A stretch of DNA of 64,000 nt from a virus (taxonomy: Duplodnaviria; Caudoviricetes): positions 64,001 to 128,000 of the IMG/VR virus record IMGVR_UViG_2862465376_000001. The stretch is one strand, 5' to 3'. The notes beneath the pieces were generated by a model. It saw nothing but the letters and a program-made list of their open reading frames with translations. It ran no database searches and was not told the DNA's origin. The position numbers and the translations under genes were made by a program. Below, in pieces: positions 9,632 to 18,494 of this stretch. The first letter of the stretch is position 1. Each line of letters starts with the position of its first letter.

Positions 9632-11242
9632 GTGGCGCGAGCACACGTAATGCGGCCGATCATCGGCGAGAACGGAGACCTGCTGTACGGCGCGCAGATC
9701 ACGGTGCGCGAGGCGGGGCTGTCCGTGAAGCTCGCCCAGCCGATGTACAAGGGCCCCACCGGTGACGAGCGCCTGACCAATCCGTACGTCACGGCCAACG
9801 GCACGATCGACTTCTGGGTGGACACCCCTCAGCGGGTCTCCGTGCTCGTGGAGAGCGAGCAGCACTCCGACGTCCTGGTCTACCTCGACGCGGCTCCGCC
9901 GCCGGAGGAGACGACGCGCTCCGACTCTCCTCTGCTGATCACCGGCTCCCAGGTCCCAGGCAACGTGCTGCTGGCGGGCAACAGTCCAGGGGTCGCAGTC
10001 TGGGGCCCGGTGCCGTCGAACTCCGGCGTCACCCCGCAGGTCACCGTCATCGCCGAGGACTTCGCTCTGGGCCGGGACCCGGCGGGCTGGTCCTTCACCC
10101 AGGCGGCGACCAGCAAGCGGGGCTACGTCGCCGACGTACCCGCCGACCGGGGCTACACCTATGCACTGGAGGCCACACACACAGGGAATGCGGGCAGTCT
10201 TGTCCTCGTCTCCCCGGGCTTCACGTTCATCGAGCCAGGCTTCGTGTCGCTGTGGCTGCGCCCCACCCTGGCCGCTGGCGAGAGCGTCGTCGTCGCGGTC
10301 ACCAAGGACGGCACGAAGACCGTCCTGGAGACGCTGACCGCGACCCGGGGCTGGGGCTTCTACCGCTATCCGCTGGCCGCTGGCACCTACCAGTCCCTCT
10401 CGGTGGAATCCAAAGGGGCGGCCGTCTTCAGCGGCAGCACCGGCCACCAGGTCCGCATGACCGGGCTCAAGGCGATGTACGGCGGCCAGGTCCCCGCGCA
10501 CACCCACTCCGGTGCCGGAGCCCAGTCCGTCCTCCTGGGGGCCGCAGCCGACGCCTCGGGCGTTGCCTCGGTCGCCATGGGGGCCACGGCCAAGGCAACC
10601 GGTGGTGACGCAATCGCCATCGGACGCAGAGCCCAGGCCCTGGCCGACGACGCAATCGCCATCGGCGAGAACGCGAATTCGCCTTCGCAGGAGGCCATCT
10701 CCATCGGCGCCCGCTCCGGCGGTTCCCTGGCCGCAACCGGCTGGGCCGCTCTCGGGGCCGACGCCTATGTCGACTCCACCGACGGCACGGCCATCGGGCG
10801 GTCGGCCCAGGTCTACGGCGCCAACGGCACGGCCATCGGCTCCGCCGCCTACGTCGGGACCGGCGCGGCCAATGCCCTCGCGCTGGGCCGCAACGCGCAG
10901 GCCCTGGCACCGGGCGCCACGGCGCTGGGGCCGGACTCCGTGGTGGCGGCCACCCACTCCGGGTCCACGGCGGTCGGCAGCGGGACCAGGACAACCGGAG
11001 CCGAGCAGGTCATGATCGGCGACGCCGACTCTCCGATGCGTTCGGTCGTCATCGCGAACCGCCTGTACGCGCTGGCAGCCGTGAACCTGGGGACCGACGC
11101 CAGCAGCAGGCTGGGCTTCTTCGGCGCGGAAGGCACTGTGCGGCCGGTCGTCACCGGGTCGGACGGAGGCGTCCTCGCTCTGAGGAATCTGCTCGGCGCG
11201 CTGGCCGGGCTGGGTCTCATCACCAACAACACCACGAACTGA
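9632..11242 (+). CDS. tail fibre-like protein with YadA-type head repeats
   Basis: Many AIAIG/GTAIG/ALALG repeats; C-terminal LGFFG...LAGLGLI motif. Confidence 0.7.
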   Translation: MARAHVMRPIIGENGDLLYGAQITVREAGLSVKLAQPMYKGPTGDERLTNPYVTANGTIDFWVDTPQRVSVLVESEQHSDVLVYLDAAPPPEETTRSDSPLLITGSQVPGNVLLAGNSPGVAVWGPVPSNSGVTPQVTVIAEDFALGRDPAGWSFTQAATSKRGYVADVPADRGYTYALEATHTGNAGSLVLVSPGFTFIEPGFVSLWLRPTLAAGESVVVAVTKDGTKTVLETLTATRGWGFYRYPLAAGTYQSLSVESKGAAVFSGSTGHQVRMTGLKAMYGGQVPAHTHSGAGAQSVLLGAAADASGVASVAMGATAKATGGDAIAIGRRAQALADDAIAIGENANSPSQEAISIGARSGGSLAATGWAALGADAYVDSTDGTAIGRSAQVYGANGTAIGSAAYVGTGAANALALGRNAQALAPGATALGPDSVVAATHSGSTAVGSGTRTTGAEQVMIGDADSPMRSVVIANRLYALAAVNLGTDASSRLGFFGAEGTVRPVVTGSDGGVLALRNLLGALAGLGLITNNTTN

Positions 11243-11249
11243 GCAGCCC

Positions 11250-12557
11250 ATGCCTCTGACTTCTGTACCGGGCCAGGTCGCGGCAGGCCCCATCGACGGA
11301 TTCCTCCGCGACGACACCGAGGACGGCACGCTCGGCCTGCCCGACTATTCTCTCGTGCCGTACACCTATGCCCCGCTGCTGGGTGACACCGGGTCCTCGC
11401 CGCAGTGGGTCATCGACCAGTTCCGGTCCGACCAGTTTGCAGCGATCAAGGGCAGTCCTGACGGGTACGGCGTCCTGCGGTCGACCGGCGCAGACCGTGG
11501 CTCGGTCGGGCTCAGCGTCACCCTGCAGGAGTCCGGGACCCTGGCCGCGAACCCGGAGGGCGGCCGGAGCCCGGACTCCACCTGGGCGCCGCGCGACTTC
11601 GTCGTCCCGGTGCGGCATTCAGGCAGCGACGCCTGGACGGCTACCGACGTACGGTCGTACGTCGCATTCACCCAGGCGGGGAACTCCGTCGGCATGCGGC
11701 TCACGACTCCGGCCGCCGAGGGCCCGTGGGATGCCGAGCGCGCCGACTCGGCTGCCGTCCCGCTGCCTGCCGCCGTGAACCTGTGGGACGGAAACCCGCA
11801 CTCGGTCGCGGTCGCAGCCTTCGGCCAGAACGTCTTCTGCCTGGTGGACGGCACTGTCGGAATTCCGTTCCGGGCACCGCGCGCCTACCGCCGCGACCCT
11901 GCGGGCTGGATCGATACCTCGGTCTCCTCGAACCTGCCTGGCACCGGCCCATACATGGGCTACGACTGCCGGGGATCGGGGAACTGCCTCAACTCCTGGA
12001 CGGCACTGCAGCCCGCCAGCGGCGACTTCTTCTACTACGACATGGGTGCCCTGACGATCCAGACCCCACCGGCGACCACGTACACCCCGACCACCACCCC
12101 GTCAGGGGAGACGTGGGTGAAGACCGGGACGGTCACCGCCAGCAAGAACGGGCTGGCGATCACCGCCAGCGGGTCGGCAACGTTCGACGTGACCTGGCCC
12201 TACGGAGTGCTGTGCACCCGCTGGACCGGCGCCAGCGGAGCCGTGGTCTTCCGCCGCGTGGACGCCAACAACTACTACCAGCTGTCATCGGCTGGCATCT
12301 ACAAAAATGTCGCCGGGGTCCTCACCCGGTTCCATGTCTTCACCACGCCCCCTGCCGTCGGCGACCACATCGCCATACGCAACTGGGCCGACAGGATCCA
12401 GGTGTTCATCAACGGAGTGTCGGTCGCGTACTACAGCGTCGACTCGCACGCGGGCGGCAAGGGCATCGGCTTCCGCAGCTCCTCCGCCGGTTCCACGCAG
12501 TGGTCCTACATCGCCTTCCAGCCGATGGCATCCGACGCCGTCCTGCCCGCCGCCTGA
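11250..12557 (+). CDS. putative virion protein with beta-sandwich/lectin-like C-terminus
   Basis: In the fibre cluster; VFRRVDANNYY...IQVFING...GIGF resembles concanavalin-like folds. Confidence 0.5.
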   Translation: MPLTSVPGQVAAGPIDGFLRDDTEDGTLGLPDYSLVPYTYAPLLGDTGSSPQWVIDQFRSDQFAAIKGSPDGYGVLRSTGADRGSVGLSVTLQESGTLAANPEGGRSPDSTWAPRDFVVPVRHSGSDAWTATDVRSYVAFTQAGNSVGMRLTTPAAEGPWDAERADSAAVPLPAAVNLWDGNPHSVAVAAFGQNVFCLVDGTVGIPFRAPRAYRRDPAGWIDTSVSSNLPGTGPYMGYDCRGSGNCLNSWTALQPASGDFFYYDMGALTIQTPPATTYTPTTTPSGETWVKTGTVTASKNGLAITASGSATFDVTWPYGVLCTRWTGASGAVVFRRVDANNYYQLSSAGIYKNVAGVLTRFHVFTTPPAVGDHIAIRNWADRIQVFINGVSVAYYSVDSHAGGKGIGFRSSSAGSTQWSYIAFQPMASDAVLPAA

Positions 12558-12566
12558 GAGGTAACC

Positions 12567-14162
12567 GTGGACCGCTGCCACCTGTACCTGCCGCTGATCG
12601 ACTCCTCCGGTGCCACCTATCCGTACGCGGAGGTGACGCTGCTGGATGCCGAGACCGGGGCTCCGGTCGACGATCCGGTGTACCTGCAGCCGACCGGTGG
12701 CGCTCCGCAGAAGTGGCCGCTCCTGATCAACCCGGCAGTCATCAACCTGTGGACCGAGACGCCCATGCGGATCACCGTGCAGGCGCTGCTGCCAGGTGGC
12801 ACCACCTTCACCCGCACCGGCGTGGACATTGCACCGGCGCCGGTGGACACGGTCCGCACGACGAGGCCCGTGCACATCAGCTCCTCCGCCGGACTCGACA
12901 GCTCGGCCATGCTCGTCGTGTCCCCTGGCGGCAAGGCGATCTGGCAGGTTCTCGACGCGCTCCGGTACCACCGGCACGAGGGCGACGCGCCGGAGTCGAC
13001 GATGCTGGGGATGACGAATCTGACCGACATCTACCCCGGCCAGACCTGGCTCGGCTCGGCCTTCGCCGGAGCCCAGGGCGAGGGCGCCACGGCGATCGCA
13101 CGGAACGCCGTACCCAACGGGCCCGGCGCAGCCGCCGTGGGCTCCGGTGCCGACGCGGCGGAGAACGGCGTCTCGGTCGGCAACTCCTCTGGCGCAGGAG
13201 GGTCCTCTGTAGCGCTTGGCGCTCGGGCCAAGGCGACTGCGACGGATCAGGTGGCCCTGGGCTCCGATGCCAGCGCCGCTGCGGCGCCCAGGGGTGCCGT
13301 CGTGATCGGTGCAGGAACCGTCGCCGCCGCCAGCGACATGGTGACCGTCGGCGGCGGCGCGCACATCACTGAGAGCGGGAACGTCGCCCTCGGCCGGGGC
13401 GCGCTGCCCGACCTGAGCTGGCTCGGCTCGGATCCGTACGTGGCCGTCCTGGGCAAGGCCGTCATCGGCCGGTTCCTCGGCGCCCGCGCCAGCGCGGTAC
13501 TCGGCGGTCCGCTCAGCACTGTCGGGGCGTTCGGCGCACCCGGGGGGCTGCAGCCCATGCTCAGTACCGCTGGAGTGTCAACCTCGACTCCGGGCCGCGC
13601 TGCGTTGCTCTCGCTGATGTCCGCCCTCGACCGGCTCGGCATGGTCTACCTGCTGGACGGGGCGGTCGACGACGAGCTGAGCGACTGGTCGAAGGCCTTC
13701 GCGCACGACGCGAACATGGGCCTGGAGACAGGCGACGACGGCTCGAAGGCAGGCGACCTGAACCGGGCCAAGCGCAACGCCATCGGCCCCGGGACCATCA
13801 CCTACCACCAGACCGAAGGGATCCGCGACTTCCGCATCAGGGCCTTCACCTGGTGGCAGGACTGGAACCCCGACAACCACGTCAACGAAATCACGGCGGC
13901 CGTCTCTCCAGACAACGCCGCCTGGACGCCCGTCCCCCTGGCATGGCAGCCGCTCAGCCCGACAGCGGACGACTGGAACCAGGCCTGGGCAGGCAACGCC
14001 CGCCCACTGCCTGCCGGAATGCAGTACCTGCGGATCACCCTCGACCTGAACAGCCAGGCGTGGACACCGCAGATCGGCCGGATCGTCGTCCGCCCGGTCG
14101 ACCCCACGTCCGTCACCGGCTTCGGACAGGGCAGCTTCGGCCAGGGCCCCTTCGGCGGTTAG
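12567..14162 (+). CDS. tail fibre-like protein with YadA-type repeats and a C-terminal putative carbohydrate-binding domain
   Basis: Shared N-terminal domain, ATAIA/SVALG/QVALG repeats, terminal GFGQGSFGQGPFGG. Confidence 0.65.
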   Translation: MDRCHLYLPLIDSSGATYPYAEVTLLDAETGAPVDDPVYLQPTGGAPQKWPLLINPAVINLWTETPMRITVQALLPGGTTFTRTGVDIAPAPVDTVRTTRPVHISSSAGLDSSAMLVVSPGGKAIWQVLDALRYHRHEGDAPESTMLGMTNLTDIYPGQTWLGSAFAGAQGEGATAIARNAVPNGPGAAAVGSGADAAENGVSVGNSSGAGGSSVALGARAKATATDQVALGSDASAAAAPRGAVVIGAGTVAAASDMVTVGGGAHITESGNVALGRGALPDLSWLGSDPYVAVLGKAVIGRFLGARASAVLGGPLSTVGAFGAPGGLQPMLSTAGVSTSTPGRAALLSLMSALDRLGMVYLLDGAVDDELSDWSKAFAHDANMGLETGDDGSKAGDLNRAKRNAIGPGTITYHQTEGIRDFRIRAFTWWQDWNPDNHVNEITAAVSPDNAAWTPVPLAWQPLSPTADDWNQAWAGNARPLPAGMQYLRITLDLNSQAWTPQIGRIVVRPVDPTSVTGFGQGSFGQGPFGG

Positions 14163-14256
14163 CACTGTCAGCATTTCGATTCTTTTCTCGACCAAGCGCG
14201 AAGTTGATAAATCTCCCAATCCACCTTTCACCCCACGAGTGGCTACGTTGACCTGC

Positions 14257-15810
14257 ATGGATGCGCCCGCCTTCCGCAGCCCGCGCGGGCTCTACCCGTG
14301 CCAGCAGGAAGGCACCGCGTTCGCCTACGTGCAGCGCTCCGGACTGCTGGTGGCCGACACCGGCATCGGCAAGAGCGTCATCGCCATGGCCCTCGCCGCC
14401 CTGCTCGCCGAGGACGGCGCCGAGGACCTGGTCCTCCTCGTCTGCAAGGCCAACAAGCTCACCGAGTGGCACGAGGACTTCGGCGCCCTTACCACGCTCC
14501 CGGCCGCCGTCCACCACGGCCCCTCCCGCATGAAGGCCCGCGAGCGCGACGGCCTGCCCCACGTCCTGATCTCCACGTACGAGACCCTGCGCGCCGACCT
14601 CACGCGCTTCGCCATCCCGCCCGGCAAGCGCACCAAGGTCCCCGCCCCCGGGCCGCTCCTGACCGCACTCCTCGACGCCCAGGCCCGGGGCCGCCGCGTC
14701 CTCGTGGTCTACGACGAGATGTCCGACAAGCTGCGCAACCGCTCCAGCCAGCTCTACAAGGCCCACCACTACGCCCTCGGCCAGCTGCGCCGCGTCCAGA
14801 AGGACCTGCGCGTCATCGGCCTGACCGCCACCCCGATCAGCCGGGACTACGAGGACGGCTTCAACCTGCTGCGCCTCGCGGTCCCGGCCGCCATGCCCAC
14901 GGTGAAGCAGTTCAACGACACCGTGATCAAGAGCCGGGACGACTACGGCCGCCCGCGCTACCGCGACACCGGCGTCGACTGGTTCATCGGGCTGGCCCGG
15001 CCGCACCTGTGGCGCAAGCGCAAGACCGACCCCGACGTCCGCGCCCTGTTCCCCAAGCGCATCGAGGAGTTCCGCACGCTGCGCATGGCGCCCGCCCAGG
15101 CCGCCTTCTACGACCAGGTCGCCTCGCTCCAGGGCGGCTCCCCGGAGCCCGTCCCCGGCCTCCACGCGGCCCTGCGGCAGATCGCCGCGCACCCGGCCGC
15201 CCTGGTCCACTCAGCCGTCCACGGAGACTCCCGGCTCGCCCGCGAGCTGCTCGGCGCCTTCGGAGAGGACCATCTGCGCTCGCTGCCCTCGGCCAAGACC
15301 GACGAACTTGTCGAGTACCTGTCACCCATCGTGCACGACCAGGGCGACAAGGCCGTCGTCTTCTCCGCCTTCGGCCCGTCCGTCCTGCCCCTGCTCGCCG
15401 AGGCCCTGCGCAGAAACGGCATCCGCAGCTACCTCTACACCGGCGCCATGGACGGCCCCGAGCGCGAGCGCGCCCGCCGCGAGTTCCGCGCCGACCCCGA
15501 GCCCTGCGTCTTCCTCACCTCCGACGCGGGCAAGGACGGCATCAACCTGCCCGAGGCCACCTACCTGGTCGAGTACGAGTCCGCCCTGACCTACGAGACC
15601 CGCACCCAGCGCCTGGGCCGCATCGACCGCATCACCTCGACCGCGCCCTCCATCACCTGCACCACGCTCGTCCTGCAGGGCACCGTGGAGGAGGCCATCG
15701 TCGACACCATGCTGAAGCGGAACGAGATGACCGAGCGGTTCCTGGGCGACGTCGGCTCGGACGGCTACGTGGCGGCTATGCAGCGGCGCCGGAGCTACCT
15801 GGTGGCCTAG
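14257..15810 (+). CDS. SNF2-family helicase
   Basis: ADTGIGKS Walker A, LTATP, SAKTDELV, SDAGKDGINL, QRLGRIDR; alternative GTG start at 14239. Confidence 0.85.
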   Translation: MDAPAFRSPRGLYPCQQEGTAFAYVQRSGLLVADTGIGKSVIAMALAALLAEDGAEDLVLLVCKANKLTEWHEDFGALTTLPAAVHHGPSRMKARERDGLPHVLISTYETLRADLTRFAIPPGKRTKVPAPGPLLTALLDAQARGRRVLVVYDEMSDKLRNRSSQLYKAHHYALGQLRRVQKDLRVIGLTATPISRDYEDGFNLLRLAVPAAMPTVKQFNDTVIKSRDDYGRPRYRDTGVDWFIGLARPHLWRKRKTDPDVRALFPKRIEEFRTLRMAPAQAAFYDQVASLQGGSPEPVPGLHAALRQIAAHPAALVHSAVHGDSRLARELLGAFGEDHLRSLPSAKTDELVEYLSPIVHDQGDKAVVFSAFGPSVLPLLAEALRRNGIRSYLYTGAMDGPERERARREFRADPEPCVFLTSDAGKDGINLPEATYLVEYESALTYETRTQRLGRIDRITSTAPSITCTTLVLQGTVEEAIVDTMLKRNEMTERFLGDVGSDGYVAAMQRRRSYLVA

Positions 15811-16002
15811 TTGATAACGCCCCCGCAACCTTCATCGCCTCTAGCCCAGGCTCAGGTCGACGGGGGCGTCTCTCAGTCGAGCCACTCAGGCAACGCGCAG
15901 CATATCCCTGTCTCAGCAACCGAACACCCCCAGGCGGGCGCAGCCTCCCCCCGCCCCTCGAATGTTCCAAAGATGAGACTGTGCAGGTCAGAAGCCCTGT
16001 GA

Positions 16003-16185
16003 TCAGTCAGAGTCCTGGTAGCCGGTGTACACCGCCCACCCGTCTCCGTACCGCTTGTAGGTCACTGACTGCCGGTCCGGAGCCTTGGTGAGCCCCAGAG
16101 CAGTGAATTCGCGGGCGAGTTTCGTGCACCGGCGCACGGCTTCCTCTTTGGACAGGGCATCGGTCTGTCGGCGGGCATCACGCAT
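16003..16185 (-). CDS. small hypothetical protein
   Basis: 60 aa ORF downstream of the putative rep. Confidence 0.35.
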   Translation of the reverse strand: MRDARRQTDALSKEEAVRRCTKLAREFTALGLTKAPDRQSVTYKRYGDGWAVYTGYQDSD

Positions 16186-16277
16186 GGCCCCTACCCTAGG
16201 TACTGGAGGGGCTGAAGAAAACAGGGATGTGCCGTCTGAGCTGGGAAAACAGTCCTACATGAAGGGTTACTGGAAAG

Positions 16278-17636
16278 TCAGGACGCGCAGGCCAGGGCAG
16301 CCCTGTGCACCAACTCGTCGTAGTCCAGCTCGGGTTCGACGACGATCAACCGGCCGTCCGAGGCGACCGCGAAGTCCTCCAGGACCTCACCGGTGACCGG
16401 GTCGACGACCATGCTGCCCCGGACGAGGTCGGCGGGAACCTCGTCACCCCGGACAGGCTGGACGTCGGGCATCCGGCGCTCGCGCAGCCGGGGGAGGACC
16501 TTCGTCAGCCAGGTGACCCGCTGCACCTTGTGCATGTCCACGCGGCGCTGAGCGGTCCCCTGGGTGCCCATCTCCTCGGCCGCCTGGTCGAACTCCGTCA
16601 CCTGCCCCGCGAGAGCCGTACGGGCCCGCTGGGACAGGTACCAGGCGCCGTCCAGGCCCTCCAGGAACCCGAAGCCCTCCAGCAGCTTCACGTGGCGGTA
16701 CGCGGTCGCCCGGCTCATGCACGTGGCGTCGGCCAGGTCGAGCAGGTCCTGCCCGTCCTCCAGGTTCAGAGCCGCGATGATCTTGAGGGAGGAGGAGCCG
16801 AGACCCCGGTGCGCGAACGCGTCCAGGCCCATCAGGCGGCCGACGACGGCCGCGTCGATCCCTCCGGCCTCCACCGCGCCCTTCGGCCCGTCAAGGAGCC
16901 TCCACGTCGTCCCGTGCTCGTCCGTCCCGGTCTTCACCTGCCGGATCCAGCCGCCCAGCCGCTTCGTGATGGCCTCGTACGCCGTACCGAGGGTGCACCC
17001 GGCGATCTCGGCGGCCTCCCGGAACGACAGCGTGTACGTGCGCCCCCCGGCCTTCCGGGCGGCCTCCCAGTGGGCCATCAGCAGCCGCAGAGCCGTGTTG
17101 CGGGACACCCCGCGCCAGGACAGGGAACCGATCCGATAGCGCAGCCGCACCAGGTCCTCGATGGCCCCGTGCCGGTCGGCGACAGGGTGCGCCGAGATGA
17201 ACTGCTGCGCACCCTCCCAGACCCGGTCCAGGTAGGGTTTGGCGCCCTTGTCGTAGCCCTTGCGGTGCGCCTTGTTCCGGACATGGTTGCCGCCCTTGGC
17301 GGTCGTCTCCAGCAGCGCCTTCTCGAACTGCAGGCCCGTCCAGCCGTACCGGGACGCGGCAGCGGCCAGCGCCCGGGTGATGGAGTGGCCGTGGACGTCG
17401 GAGAGGGACTTGTCGCGCCGCTTGCGTGCCGTGATGCCGTAGACGCCGTCCACGTCGCCCTCGATCAGCAACCTCTCCATGGAGGGTGAGAGAGCGGGGA
17501 ACTGGCGGATCCAGTGCTGGGGGTGCAGGGCGTCGCGCGAGGCGACAGTCAGTCCTGCAGATGAAGAAATGTGGCTGAGATGTTCACCACGGTTGGCGTG
17601 CGGCACGGGGGCGGGACCCGTAGACTGCTCTGGCAC
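16278..17636 (-). CDS. putative plasmid replication initiator / multi-HTH DNA-binding protein
   Basis: Two winged-HTH-like segments (LSFREAAEIAGCTLGTAYEAI; LADATCMSRATAYRHVKLLEGFG); preceded by an ~850 bp structured non-coding region; Rep role is inferred. Confidence 0.5.
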   Translation of the reverse strand: MPEQSTGPAPVPHANRGEHLSHISSSAGLTVASRDALHPQHWIRQFPALSPSMERLLIEGDVDGVYGITARKRRDKSLSDVHGHSITRALAAAASRYGWTGLQFEKALLETTAKGGNHVRNKAHRKGYDKGAKPYLDRVWEGAQQFISAHPVADRHGAIEDLVRLRYRIGSLSWRGVSRNTALRLLMAHWEAARKAGGRTYTLSFREAAEIAGCTLGTAYEAITKRLGGWIRQVKTGTDEHGTTWRLLDGPKGAVEAGGIDAAVVGRLMGLDAFAHRGLGSSSLKIIAALNLEDGQDLLDLADATCMSRATAYRHVKLLEGFGFLEGLDGAWYLSQRARTALAGQVTEFDQAAEEMGTQGTAQRRVDMHKVQRVTWLTKVLPRLRERRMPDVQPVRGDEVPADLVRGSMVVDPVTGEVLEDFAVASDGRLIVVEPELDYDELVHRAALACAS

Positions 17637-18494
17637 GGCTGGCGAGGCCTTTCTATACCGTTCTGAGGTTGGGGCCCAGCCACCGTGAAGGCGATGGTCA
17701 GACCGAACAGGTCGCGTTGCCTGGCGGGGAATCTGAGAGTTCCCCAGAGGATCCGTTTCTTGGCGGAGAGGATCCTCGCTACCGCATCACGCGGTGAGGG
17801 GCGCCACGGAGTTGATGGACTCCAGGCGCCCCTCCGGCGTTTCCAGGACGTTCTTCACAGCAGCCAGCCCCCTTCGGCGGGTTCGGGCGCACGTGGGCCC
17901 GAGGGGAGTTCGTGGTGGTGGTGGACCAGGAGTGGCGGTCTCGGTCCGAAGGCCATTCAACATCATGCGAGGCCGAAACGGGGAGTCGGCACCCGAACGG
18001 ACTGCGGGCGCTGGCCTGCAGCGGCGTGTCGCTCGACCGGGTCTTGTACACCGGGAGCAGTTTTTGGGTAGGCTGGGTCATGCCAGCGACCTCCGGAGAA
18101 GCTGAACTTCGGACTTGGATATGAGGTTGTTGGCCCCACCGACAGAGACCGGCCAAAGTTTCCTGTCGGACGGCCGCCAAGGACCGGGATGGGGATCCCA
18201 GTCCGACCAGGCGGCCGTTGGTGTTTCTGGAGCCAGATGAAGCAGACGCGACCCGGGGGCGGGATACCTACGAAGGTCGCGTAGGTCACCCTAGTACCTC
18301 TGGTGGACCAAACGCACGGAACCGGTGCAGGAGACACGCGCGCGGGATCATCTGACGTCCTGTCGGCCCGGCCGGGAAATCCGCCGGAGCAAAAACGCGA
18401 CACTGCCCCTGGCCCTGTGTAGCGTCGCGACCACCGCCAAGGACCTTCACTGCTCACCGCCAAGAGCAGCATCACCACCCTCAAGGGGCCCTTC
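17637..18494. promoter_or_regulatory. divergent rep/dinG control region with multiple hairpins
   Basis: Hairpins at 17747-17777, 17796-17834, 18171-18217 and 18450-18469; no convincing CDS. Confidence 0.55.

Noticed and set aside
386-14162. Extracellular contractile injection system or tailocin
   Set aside because: The linked terminase, replisome and partition genes fit a phage or phage-plasmid better.
15830-16000. GTCTCA/TGAGAC short repeats as iterons downstream of the rep-like gene
   Set aside because: Only two or three short, irregularly spaced copies; insufficient to call an origin.
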